Positions 8,589 through 16,215 of a stretch of DNA of 20,000 nucleotides are shown one piece after another. The DNA is taken from the IMG/VR virus record IMGVR_UViG_3300029267_004181; one strand, 5' to 3'. A program made the translations under genes and the position numbers. Below the pieces are notes generated by a model that worked only from the letters and a program-made list of their open reading frames with translations, did not search any database and was not told the origin of the DNA. Numbering within the stretch: the stretch's first letter is position 1; every line of letters begins with the position of its first letter. This DNA is from an uncultured virus (IMG/VR IMGVR_UViG_3300029267_004181) (taxonomy: Duplodnaviria; Heunggongvirae; Uroviricota; Caudoviricetes).

Positions 8589-9071
8589 TTAGCCGCTGCT
8601 AGAGCTAGAGCTAGAACTAGAACTGAAAACAGCCTCGTCTTCCTGCTCCTGCTCGTCCTCGCCTCCAGCAGCTGAACTCGAACTGGAACTGGAGCTCTCT
8701 GCGGCCCCAGCAGCAGCAGCTGAACTCGAACTGGAACTGGAGCTCTCAGCAGCAGCAGCAGCTGAACTCGAACTGGAACTGGAGCTCTCAGCAGCAGCAG
8801 CAGCTGAACTCGAACTGGAACTGGAACTGGAGCCTGCTTCCTCCGCTTCCTCCGCTTCCGTCAGAGGATAGGGCAGCTCCGCTGTAATGGAGCCGTCGTT
8901 CATGTCGGCGATAAAAGCTGCAAGCTGTTCTTCCTCCAGACGTCCCAAAAGGTCGCCGTTGACCTCGTATGAGACGCCAGCAGCTAGCCGGCGGCCATAA
9001 GGCGGAATCCAGTCGAAGTACACTGGCGTGGCACCAGCATTTGTAACCGTTGTAGTCAGCACATCAGACAT
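8589..9071 (-). CDS. Putative capsid-associated protein, paralog B, with Ser/Ala repeat tail
   Basis: The N-terminal ~70 aa align with 9078-9335 (VTNA..VYFDWI.PYGR.L..G...VNG.LLGRLEE.QLA...D.NDGS). The long tail has ESSSSSSSSAAAAA repeats and ends S10-G. Confidence 0.8.
   Translation of the reverse strand: MSDVLTTTVTNAGATPVYFDWIPPYGRRLAAGVSYEVNGDLLGRLEEEQLAAFIADMNDGSITAELPYPLTEAEEAEEAGSSSSSSSSSAAAAAESSSSSSSSAAAAAESSSSSSSSAAAAGAAESSSSSSSSAAGGEDEQEQEDEAVFSSSSSSSSSSG
8671..8832. repeat. In-frame 42-bp tandem repeat (4 copies) encoding ESSSSSSSSAAAAA
   Basis: The unit gctgaactcgaactggaactgga starts at 8671, 8719, 8761 and 8803 (spacing 48, 42, 42). Confidence 0.95.
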
Positions 9072-9077
9072 TGGTAA

Positions 9078-9335
9078 CTACCCCGAAGAAGACGAAGACG
9101 AGGACGAGGACTCTTCAACGGTGTTCAGCGTATACGGAAAAACAACCGTCACGCTGCCGTCATTGATATCCTCGAGCATTTCAGCCAGTTGGTCCTCTTC
9201 CAGACGACCAAGCAGGCAGCCATTAACGCTGACTTCCTGCCCGTCTGTCAGCTTTCGGCCATAAGGCAGGATCCAGTCAAAATAGACTGTCCCGCCAGTG
9301 GCATTCGTAACGTCCGTGGTCAACTGATACGGCAT
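9078..9335 (-). CDS. Putative capsid-associated protein, paralog A, with poly-Ser-Gly tail
   Basis: SD AAGGAGGT, directly after the capsid gene, 85 aa, ending EESSSSSSSSSG. Confidence 0.8.
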   Translation of the reverse strand: MPYQLTTDVTNATGGTVYFDWILPYGRKLTDGQEVSVNGCLLGRLEEDQLAEMLEDINDGSVTVVFPYTLNTVEESSSSSSSSSG

Positions 9336-9383
9336 GTCAGCACCTCCTTGCCGCTGATAGCTAAGAAAAAGAAGCGTATCAGC

Positions 9384-10307
9384 CTAGCTGAAGGTCGCCT
9401 TGCACACACCGGCCACGTTGCCGATCGTGAAGCCCAGAGTAGTATAAGCGCCGAACGCGACCTTCGTCGGCTCGGTCTTAACCCACATGACAGGCTCCTG
9501 CAGAACGTAATGGCGGCCCAGATAGTCAGGTCCGGCAAACATGAACATCTGGTTATCAGGAATAATATCCCGCTTGATGCTCATAAGCCAGCGATACCCG
9601 AACATATCGCCCAGAGCCTTTTGGCCCTCGCGAAGCTGAGCTTCCGAAATGTTGTCCGATGTGTCAGACGGCTTCCACTTCAGGATATCCTTGGCAAACT
9701 TAACGTTCACCAGACACGTAGCAGGCTCCAGTCGGTTCGGCGTGTCGTTCATGGTCTTCAACGCTTCCATGACCGAACTGCGGGTGATCCCGCCGGAAAT
9801 GTTAGCGTGCTGAACTACGCCCGTGGCCGTGACCGTAGAACCGGCAGTACCGACGATGGTATTACAGGCCTGAATGAACCTGGTATCCTTCGTCTCGCCG
9901 ATGTCCTTAACGCCCTGATCCAGATAATGCTGACGAATGTCGTACACGTGGGTACGAAGCTTGTCAACATCCGCCCACATAGCAGGCGTCTGAATCCGGT
10001 AGAAGTAGACGGCAAACCGGCTGGTTTGCAGCTGCAAGGCCATCTGTCCGCCCAGGAAGGGCACAGCCGCAGCGCCCGGCGAATCCGGCAAACGCTGCTC
10101 GATGCGAACAGGCGTCTCCGTATCCAGCTGCGGATGCAAATCGTTGTTTCCGATTTGCACCGGCTCGATGATCCCGTCCAGGAAGGAATCTTCCTTCAGG
10201 GAGTTCTTCAGAGCGCTGGACAGAACATCCTGCGCCTCCTTCACCTGGCCCGTGTCTATGAGATTGACGATCCGGTCGTGAATCGCGTCTCGCATAGGTG
10301 TAAGCAT
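9384..10307 (-). CDS. Major capsid protein (HK97 fold, encapsulin/Linocin-like size)
   Basis: 307 aa with SD AGGAG, in the order protease-scaffold-decoration-this gene. It shows an HK97-like pattern: backbone helix DIRQHYLDQGVKDIGETKDTRFIQAC, A-domain RLEPATCLVNVKFAKDIL, and C-terminal GFTIGNVAGVCKATF. Confidence 0.85.
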   Translation of the reverse strand: MLTPMRDAIHDRIVNLIDTGQVKEAQDVLSSALKNSLKEDSFLDGIIEPVQIGNNDLHPQLDTETPVRIEQRLPDSPGAAAVPFLGGQMALQLQTSRFAVYFYRIQTPAMWADVDKLRTHVYDIRQHYLDQGVKDIGETKDTRFIQACNTIVGTAGSTVTATGVVQHANISGGITRSSVMEALKTMNDTPNRLEPATCLVNVKFAKDILKWKPSDTSDNISEAQLREGQKALGDMFGYRWLMSIKRDIIPDNQMFMFAGPDYLGRHYVLQEPVMWVKTEPTKVAFGAYTTLGFTIGNVAGVCKATFS

Positions 10308-10355
10308 TTGTTATCTCCTATCAAGCAACCGGTGATTATCTGGTTGCATGCATGT

Positions 10356-10844
10356 TTAGTGCGAGTGCTTAGGCAAGAAGCAGGAATAGACCGACAAGAA
10401 CGTATTGCCCTGCAGCGATTGCGTTGAAGCCTCGGAAATTATGCCCACCACGTCGTGCGTCGCCGGCCATGTGGCGTCTTCAAGTACGCCGGTCGTAGTG
10501 TTCCCGGTAACCTTCTGATTTGGCGCGACTGTACAATCGACAGCCGAATACTCAGTCGTCCAGAACTCCATCGGCCACAACACGGACAGGCCGAGCACCT
10601 GGTCTAGAGCAATGATGTCCGATTGCACCGCGTTCTCAACAACGATAAACGGCAACTCGTTGCCGTTATTCATGCCGACCACGAACTCGCCCGAAGCATT
10701 CATGTACACAATGCGTCCAGCGATGTAATCAGTGATTTCACCACTCTCAGGATCGGCTGTCTTGTACAACATAAGCGTGCTTATGTTAGAAAAGCCGCGC
10801 TTGACGTCCAGGATGTGCGTATGCAGCGTAGGCGCAGTAGTCAT
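10356..10844 (-). CDS. Putative head decoration/cement protein
   Basis: 162 aa, beta-rich (AGRIVYMNASGEFVVG; DVVGII), SD AGGAG, immediately upstream of the MCP as lambda gpD-like genes are. Confidence 0.6.
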   Translation of the reverse strand: MTTAPTLHTHILDVKRGFSNISTLMLYKTADPESGEITDYIAGRIVYMNASGEFVVGMNNGNELPFIVVENAVQSDIIALDQVLGLSVLWPMEFWTTEYSAVDCTVAPNQKVTGNTTTGVLEDATWPATHDVVGIISEASTQSLQGNTFLSVYSCFLPKHSH

Positions 10845-10855
10845 CCTTTTCTCCT

Positions 10856-11230
10856 TTAGCTAATCAGGCCCAACTGTCGAGCCATGACCCGATCGGTAGA
10901 ATCCAGTCCATCATTGGCGACGTTATCGTCACCAAAGCTGCCAGACTTGCCCAAAACTTCAGGCGGCATCTTGGCCACATATTCCGCTACCTTCGTCAGG
11001 TTTTCCAGCACGGCCGCCGGATCGCTGGCATATTTGTTAACGGCTTCCTCTCGATACGCGCCGTCCAACATTCCCGCCGCGATGCAAGCGTCCACCGCCT
11101 TCACAGCAGACTCGCGTGTCGCCGTCACCGCCGCATCCGCCTGCTTCGCCTGACTATTTCTGAGCTCGCGGTTGAGAGTGAGATACTCTTCCAGGACCCG
11201 AGCCTGCGCATCAGTAAACGTGATAGGCAT
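10856..11230 (-). CDS. Small helical scaffold-like protein
   Basis: 124 aa, Ala-rich and helical, SD AGGAG, containing AKQA, NKYA and TKVA. Confidence 0.7.
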   Translation of the reverse strand: MPITFTDAQARVLEEYLTLNRELRNSQAKQADAAVTATRESAVKAVDACIAAGMLDGAYREEAVNKYASDPAAVLENLTKVAEYVAKMPPEVLGKSGSFGDDNVANDGLDSTDRVMARQLGLIS

Positions 11231-11244
11231 CGCCTGTTCTCCTA

Positions 11245-12678
11245 TTAACTCCGAAGCCGAATCAGATCCAACGCAGCCGAGACCTGGCCAGTCTGAAAAC
11301 CTCGGGCTATGTCCTGATCGAGCGCCCGCGACAAATGCTCGCGAATCAACTCGTTCGACGCTTCCTTGCTGATCCCGCGCTCAGCGTACTCCTTGGCAGC
11401 CTTGATGGCGTAGCCGCGCATGAGAGCCTCGGCTTGCTTGACAGTAGGAAGAGGCGCATTCGCAGCTACCTGCAACTCCTCTTCCGTAGGCTCCTCTTCC
11501 GTAGGCCCCTCAGCAGGCGCTTCTGCGGGCGCTTCTGCCGGCGAGCCAGCAGCCTGAGCAGCTTCCTGCGCAGCATCAACAATAGCCTTGGCAACGACTT
11601 CCTCTACCTCGGATAGTGGCACGCCCTGATCCACCTTGTCAACCACGTCAGCAATCGCCTGATCAGCCAAGGTGTCAACATCCGCACCAGCCTCAGCACC
11701 AGCCAGCGCTTCAGGAGCAGCGCCGCCTTCCGGCAAGGCACCAGATTCCATCGCTCCGGCTATCTCGTCAGCAATGGCGGCTTCTTCAGGAGACAAAGGA
11801 GCACCAGACTCGGCCTTCTGAGAAATATCAGCGACTACCTGATCCGCACCAGTCGTGGTCTCACCCCCGCCCTCGGCCATCGATATGGCCTCCTCAATGG
11901 CCGCAGCCACCGGCTCCTCTTCAGGCGCCAGGGGCTCGCCTGCAACCATCTTGCCTGCCACATCCTGAATCAAGCTGTCTACCGCGGCATCAGCACCAGG
12001 CGCTTCACCAGCCAACATCGCAGCATCATCCTGACCCTGCTTGATAGCCTGCGCAACCTTGTCCAGAACAGACGCCTGCAACCGCGCTACCTCGGCAGTC
12101 GCTTCAGCCAGCTTATACCCGGCTTCCTCCTGCTCCTTGTTGGCTGCAACCGCGGCCTTGATACTCTCAAGATCGATAACGCTCTCTGTCTTCTCGGGCT
12201 CGGCTTTCTGCTTGTCAGCCTTCGCAGCCTTGACCTCGGCCGTCGACTCGTCAGGCTCCTGATCACGCGCAGCCTTCAAAACGTTGAGCAGCTCGGTCTC
12301 CAAAGCCGCAGCCTTGTGATACCCGTCCGTATTCTTGAACTTCTCCTGCTCGTCAGGCAGAGGAACATTCTCGTCATTCACAGGCTTCTCAGGCGGCGTG
12401 TCCTCGTCACGAACCTTCGGGTCCTTGGCGGCTTGCTGGGCTTTCTGCTTGGCAGCAGCAGCCGCAGCATCCGTCTCTGCGATGTTCTCAACACTCTTGT
12501 CGCCTACATCGTCCCGCACCTGCTGCGTTTGATCACGAGAATCGGCGCCTTCCGTATGCGTCTTGTTCTCAGCCGCCAGTTCCGCATCGCCAACATCAGC
12601 TGATTTGCGGGCCGACTTAATCTCTTCCAAAAGAGTGTTCATCGACTCGACGAGTTCGCTATTCGCGTTCACAGACAT
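11245..12678 (-). CDS. Putative capsid scaffolding protein (acidic, Ala/Glu-rich)
   Basis: 477 aa, very acidic and low complexity, SD AAGGAGG, located between the protease and the MCP, with many K-x-A motifs and internal repeats. Confidence 0.7.
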   Translation of the reverse strand: MSVNANSELVESMNTLLEEIKSARKSADVGDAELAAENKTHTEGADSRDQTQQVRDDVGDKSVENIAETDAAAAAAKQKAQQAAKDPKVRDEDTPPEKPVNDENVPLPDEQEKFKNTDGYHKAAALETELLNVLKAARDQEPDESTAEVKAAKADKQKAEPEKTESVIDLESIKAAVAANKEQEEAGYKLAEATAEVARLQASVLDKVAQAIKQGQDDAAMLAGEAPGADAAVDSLIQDVAGKMVAGEPLAPEEEPVAAAIEEAISMAEGGGETTTGADQVVADISQKAESGAPLSPEEAAIADEIAGAMESGALPEGGAAPEALAGAEAGADVDTLADQAIADVVDKVDQGVPLSEVEEVVAKAIVDAAQEAAQAAGSPAEAPAEAPAEGPTEEEPTEEELQVAANAPLPTVKQAEALMRGYAIKAAKEYAERGISKEASNELIREHLSRALDQDIARGFQTGQVSAALDLIRLRS

Positions 12679-12733
12679 TTACATGTCCTCCTTCGTTCCC
12701 TTGGACTGGTTATAAACCTCGTCCTGTTGGCAG

Positions 12734-12763
12734 ATTATATCAGAGGTGTTGCTGCCCAATCAA
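12734..12763 (-). promoter_or_regulatory. Putative sigma70-type promoter for the scaffold-capsid genes
   Basis: The minus strand has TTGATT-N18-TATAAT with an extended -10 (TGa-TATAAT), about 55 nt upstream of the scaffold ATG. Confidence 0.65.
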
Positions 12764-14038
12764 GCGCAAATCCTCAGAAAATCCACGTTTTTCACAAACA
12801 CCCATCAATGCCGTGGTATAAGCAGCATAATGATCCGCTAACAGCCGAGCAGCATTCGACGCTGTCTTGGCTACAACTACTCGCCGCTTATACGCCCTGT
12901 CTCCGTCTCCACCGGTGATCACACGCGCACGTATGCGCCACCGTCGACCGTCCATGCCTAATCCAAACGGCCCAAGCAACTGGGACACAAGCAACCCTAA
13001 CCCCGGCAAATCAGGACCAGGCATCCCGCGATAAGTGCTTACCAGCTTATCGTTTACATCGGAACAAGGTCCCGGCAACATGTCTACCGCATCCCGTATA
13101 ACGCCGTCCTGCACATTCATATCGGTACCAGACAAACCGCTCACCAGCTGTATAAAGGCAGGCAACGATAAACTTATGCGCATATTGTGTAATTTATCGA
13201 ACACACGCGCCGGTGGATAATGAGACAAGGCATCTATAACCTGTGGCTTCTCGTTGGTAGTAAACGGCAACTCGGCCTCGTTGTCTATCTTCTTTACAAT
13301 CGACCCGCGAGAAATTTTGCTAGCGCTAGCAATTTCCTCGGAAGGCTTGTTTGCCTCTTCCTTTTCCACCTTGTCAGCCACCTTCGCAAAGGCGAAGGCT
13401 ATACGACTGGCAGGTCTAACTACAATGCTCTGATCGAAGAACGTGGGCTGGGTATTGATAGCGTAAATCTGCTGCCCGTCATCTGCCACCTTGCCCATGT
13501 GATCGCGCAGATGCTCACAATAAACGCTTCGGTTCTTGGCCTTGTTGCCACACCAACTGCAAATGTCGAACGGCACGCGACAAGACATAGAGGTGGCTAC
13601 AGGCTCACCTGACGCCACCTTGGCCAGCTCATCCTGGCAAATATCCTTGTCCCAGCCAACAATCAACTCGACCCTGTGCATACGATCGTTGTGCGTAGAA
13701 AACGGCACAATGCCGCAGCTTTTAGCTTCGTCATCATTGTCATGATGCTTGTAACACTTGGCGTGCTTGGTGAAGGTGTTGTGATACTTTTTGTTCACAG
13801 CTTCAGCGAAGTAATCGCCGCGTCGATTGCAGCCGTAGTACTCACCGTCACCTAAAGCCACCAGGTGTACGTATGAATATCTGTCGTCTGGCTGGCTGTT
13901 AGCAAATTCCTCAGCAGCACTAGCAAACTTCATCAACCAGGTTCTGCTGGGAGCCGGGCCTGACATCTCAACCAGCTGACAAGATAGCCCGGATTTACCA
14001 GGGAAATCATCCACCGTCTTGATGAAAGGCTTAGCCAT
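12740..14038 (-). CDS. Prohead (capsid maturation) protease with Zn-ribbon-like motif
   Basis: Start moved to the ATG at 14038 (MAKPFI), next to the upstream stop. Motifs are NRRGDYF, YKHHDN (candidate catalytic His) and TSMSC (candidate catalytic Ser), followed by CSWC...CEH and FFDQSIVVRPA, as in HK97/S78-like proteases. Confidence 0.8.
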   Translation of the reverse strand: MAKPFIKTVDDFPGKSGLSCQLVEMSGPAPSRTWLMKFASAAEEFANSQPDDRYSYVHLVALGDGEYYGCNRRGDYFAEAVNKKYHNTFTKHAKCYKHHDNDDEAKSCGIVPFSTHNDRMHRVELIVGWDKDICQDELAKVASGEPVATSMSCRVPFDICSWCGNKAKNRSVYCEHLRDHMGKVADDGQQIYAINTQPTFFDQSIVVRPASRIAFAFAKVADKVEKEEANKPSEEIASASKISRGSIVKKIDNEAELPFTTNEKPQVIDALSHYPPARVFDKLHNMRISLSLPAFIQLVSGLSGTDMNVQDGVIRDAVDMLPGPCSDVNDKLVSTYRGMPGPDLPGLGLLVSQLLGPFGLGMDGRRWRIRARVITGGDGDRAYKRRVVVAKTASNAARLLADHYAAYTTALMGVCEKRGFSEDLRLIGQQHL

Positions 14039-14039
14039 G

Positions 14040-14894
14040 CTATTGACCCCGCCGCATTCGACGCAGCTCTTCCGCGATCGCCATGCGTTCTGCTCTGATG
14101 CGTTCGATGCGCTTTTGCAGATCTTTTGCAGCCCCTTCACGCGTGCGTAGCAGCGCCGCAGCGCTTGCTACACCACGACCAACACCGTATAGTTTTGCTC
14201 CCTTGCTGGCAGTATGCGCAATCGAGGTCATACGACCGGCTCTCCGGGTGAGAGCTAGCGGCGAAGTCGGAACGGCTCTGGTCAAACGAGAGCCGAGAGC
14301 GTTGAGCAATTTTCCTATCACAGGTGTGGACGGCGCCTGCTGCTGTAATTTGCCGCCTTGATGTGCAAGCCAATACAACAGCTTCTCGGATCCCCCAGAC
14401 GTTGCGCGGCCCAGGCCTGCGCCAAGAGCAAAGCCACCAATCGAGTGTGCCAGATGTTTTATAGCTCTGGGATAATCAGAATAGATTCCAGGCTCGCCTT
14501 CATACAACTGCTGAAAATCCTGGGTAAGCCCGCGCTCACGCTGCTTCAGGAATTCATGCTGCTGAGCCAGCTGCTCGCCTGCGGTCGTAGCCAAAGGAAT
14601 CCCGCCTACCATCTTGCGTATCTCTGGAGCTGCGACCGCGGCGGCCCCTCCTACAGGCGCACCAACAATAGCGCCGGTCACTACGTCAGGCAGAATCTTG
14701 CGCTTGCGAATCAGCGCGTTCAACAGGCCTGCCGTTGCACCTACACCAGTTCCTATGCCGGCACCGGCCATCAGCTGCTGCGAGGGCGTCATCTCCCAGA
14801 ACTTGGATGTCAGCTCAGACAAATTCTGAGCTCGCTTTTCCAGACCGCAAACAGCCATGAAATCATCAGAAAGGATGGATTGGGTCAAAGACAT
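14040..14894 (-). CDS. Glycine-zipper membrane-type protein (putative internal/ejection protein)
   Basis: EKRA is followed by AGAGIGTGVGATAGLL, GAIVGAPVGGAAA and GGFALGAGLG, with a basic C-terminus. Confidence 0.7.
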   Translation of the reverse strand: MSLTQSILSDDFMAVCGLEKRAQNLSELTSKFWEMTPSQQLMAGAGIGTGVGATAGLLNALIRKRKILPDVVTGAIVGAPVGGAAAVAAPEIRKMVGGIPLATTAGEQLAQQHEFLKQRERGLTQDFQQLYEGEPGIYSDYPRAIKHLAHSIGGFALGAGLGRATSGGSEKLLYWLAHQGGKLQQQAPSTPVIGKLLNALGSRLTRAVPTSPLALTRRAGRMTSIAHTASKGAKLYGVGRGVASAAALLRTREGAAKDLQKRIERIRAERMAIAEELRRMRRGQ

Positions 14895-14895
14895 C

Positions 14896-16215
14896 CTAAG
14901 CAGGCTCCTTTTCTCTGCCTACGTTTATGAGTTTTTGCAACTGCTGCTTCGCCGGCGAAGGCGCCGTGATCTCTGCAATCTGCTTCAGCTCGTGTGGCGC
15001 AAGTACCTCGCCTTGCAGCTTACGACGCAGCAGATCCGTCATCAGAGGCTCGTTGGTAGAAGCCAATGGCGCAATCGTTGCAATCGCATTGTACGCCTGC
15101 GCCACTTCGTCAGGGTCATAACCAGAGATCACCGGATCCGAGCTCATCAGGTGCGTAAGAATGGCTTTCGTTTGAGCCATCCTCATAGTATCTCGCACTT
15201 CCGGCTTGAACAGCGAAAGCAGATATTTCTTTTCAGCAGCGTGTGCGCCAGGTAGGGCCTGTGCCAAGGCTCTGAGACCTATGACCGTTCCTGTTCCTGC
15301 CTGGCCCGCCTTAAAAAGCGACGTATGGTCCTCATCCGCTGCTTTTGTCTCCTGCTCCAGGCTGACATATGCTTCCCGGAACTCTGGCAACGCTTGCTCG
15401 GCTCGATCCGCTTTCAGATTAGCAGCTGCGTATTTTGCCAAGGCACAGGCAACCTTGCCTATATGAGAAAACGGCGAACGATCAATGTTGATAGATCTGT
15501 CTCCAGATCTGCAGGCACCGGCGCGTTTGATCTGCCCGCTGGTTACTTCGCCCATACAGCCTGCAACCGCTGTTGCCGCCTTGGTTCCTATAAAACCAAA
15601 CTTAGCGGTTACCGCCCTTTCTGCCGGCTCAAACTGATCAGGATGCGCGTCGAAATAAGCGGCAGCCTTGCCTGCTTCATCAATGGCTGCGAACTTGGCC
15701 GCAACAGCATCATGCCTTGCAGCCTTCACTTCAGCCATCAGATCCTTTGCCCTGGCGCGAATGCTGGCAACCTTCATAACCAGCGACCGCTCCTCCGACA
15801 CCGGAGCAAAGCTGGAATGAAAGTGCTCGCGTGAGTTGACCAGGGCAGCATCAAGCGATGTCGCATGCTTCTCTGCCTCAGCAGCCCGCGCCTCCTGCTT
15901 GTGCTGCTCTTCCTTGTGGACAGCTGGATACAAGCTGGCCACCACTTCGGAATAATCTGCCAGCTCAAACGCGCCAGCCCGCTTCTCCACATCCGGTACG
16001 GACAACTGAGCGCGTGTGCGAGATGCGTTGAACGCGCCTACCAGCAGACGAACAAAGGGCAACGATAACTGCCTGTCTGAAGCAACCTTTACAATCGCAC
16101 CATTGGGCACCATGCCTTTGGACACATGATCCACAACTTCGGTCATGGCACCCAAAAGCATCTGCTTCGATGCGTCCGTCATAGGCGTAAACTTATTAGC
16201 CATCTTTACTCTCAC
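14896..16215 (-). CDS. Hypothetical helical protein, K-x-A rich (putative head-internal protein)
   Basis: 439 aa, Ala-rich, containing VKVA, EKRA, EKHA, MKVA, VKAA, AKFA, GKAA, TKAA, IKRA, GKVA and AKYA. Alternative start is the ATG at 16203. Confidence 0.75.
   Translation of the reverse strand: MRVKMANKFTPMTDASKQMLLGAMTEVVDHVSKGMVPNGAIVKVASDRQLSLPFVRLLVGAFNASRTRAQLSVPDVEKRAGAFELADYSEVVASLYPAVHKEEQHKQEARAAEAEKHATSLDAALVNSREHFHSSFAPVSEERSLVMKVASIRARAKDLMAEVKAARHDAVAAKFAAIDEAGKAAAYFDAHPDQFEPAERAVTAKFGFIGTKAATAVAGCMGEVTSGQIKRAGACRSGDRSINIDRSPFSHIGKVACALAKYAAANLKADRAEQALPEFREAYVSLEQETKAADEDHTSLFKAGQAGTGTVIGLRALAQALPGAHAAEKKYLLSLFKPEVRDTMRMAQTKAILTHLMSSDPVISGYDPDEVAQAYNAIATIAPLASTNEPLMTDLLRRKLQGEVLAPHELKQIAEITAPSPAKQQLQKLINVGREKEPA

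Noticed and set aside
8671..8832. Possible CRISPR array
   Set aside because: The intervening sequences are short, near-identical GCA runs, and the repeat is in frame within a CDS.
9384..10307. Encapsulin nanocompartment interpretation of the capsid gene
   Set aside because: The neighbours are a protease, scaffold, fibre and neck-like genes, and no cargo enzyme is present, so a phage head is more parsimonious.
9189..10427. 412-aa plus-strand ORF and the many other plus-strand ORFs
   Set aside because: They are antisense shadows of well-supported minus-strand genes, with no recognisable motifs.
14039..14140. Extended N-terminus of the protease ORF, including CVEC
   Set aside because: It overlaps the upstream gene. 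The ATG at 14038 abuts that gene's stop and is the better start.
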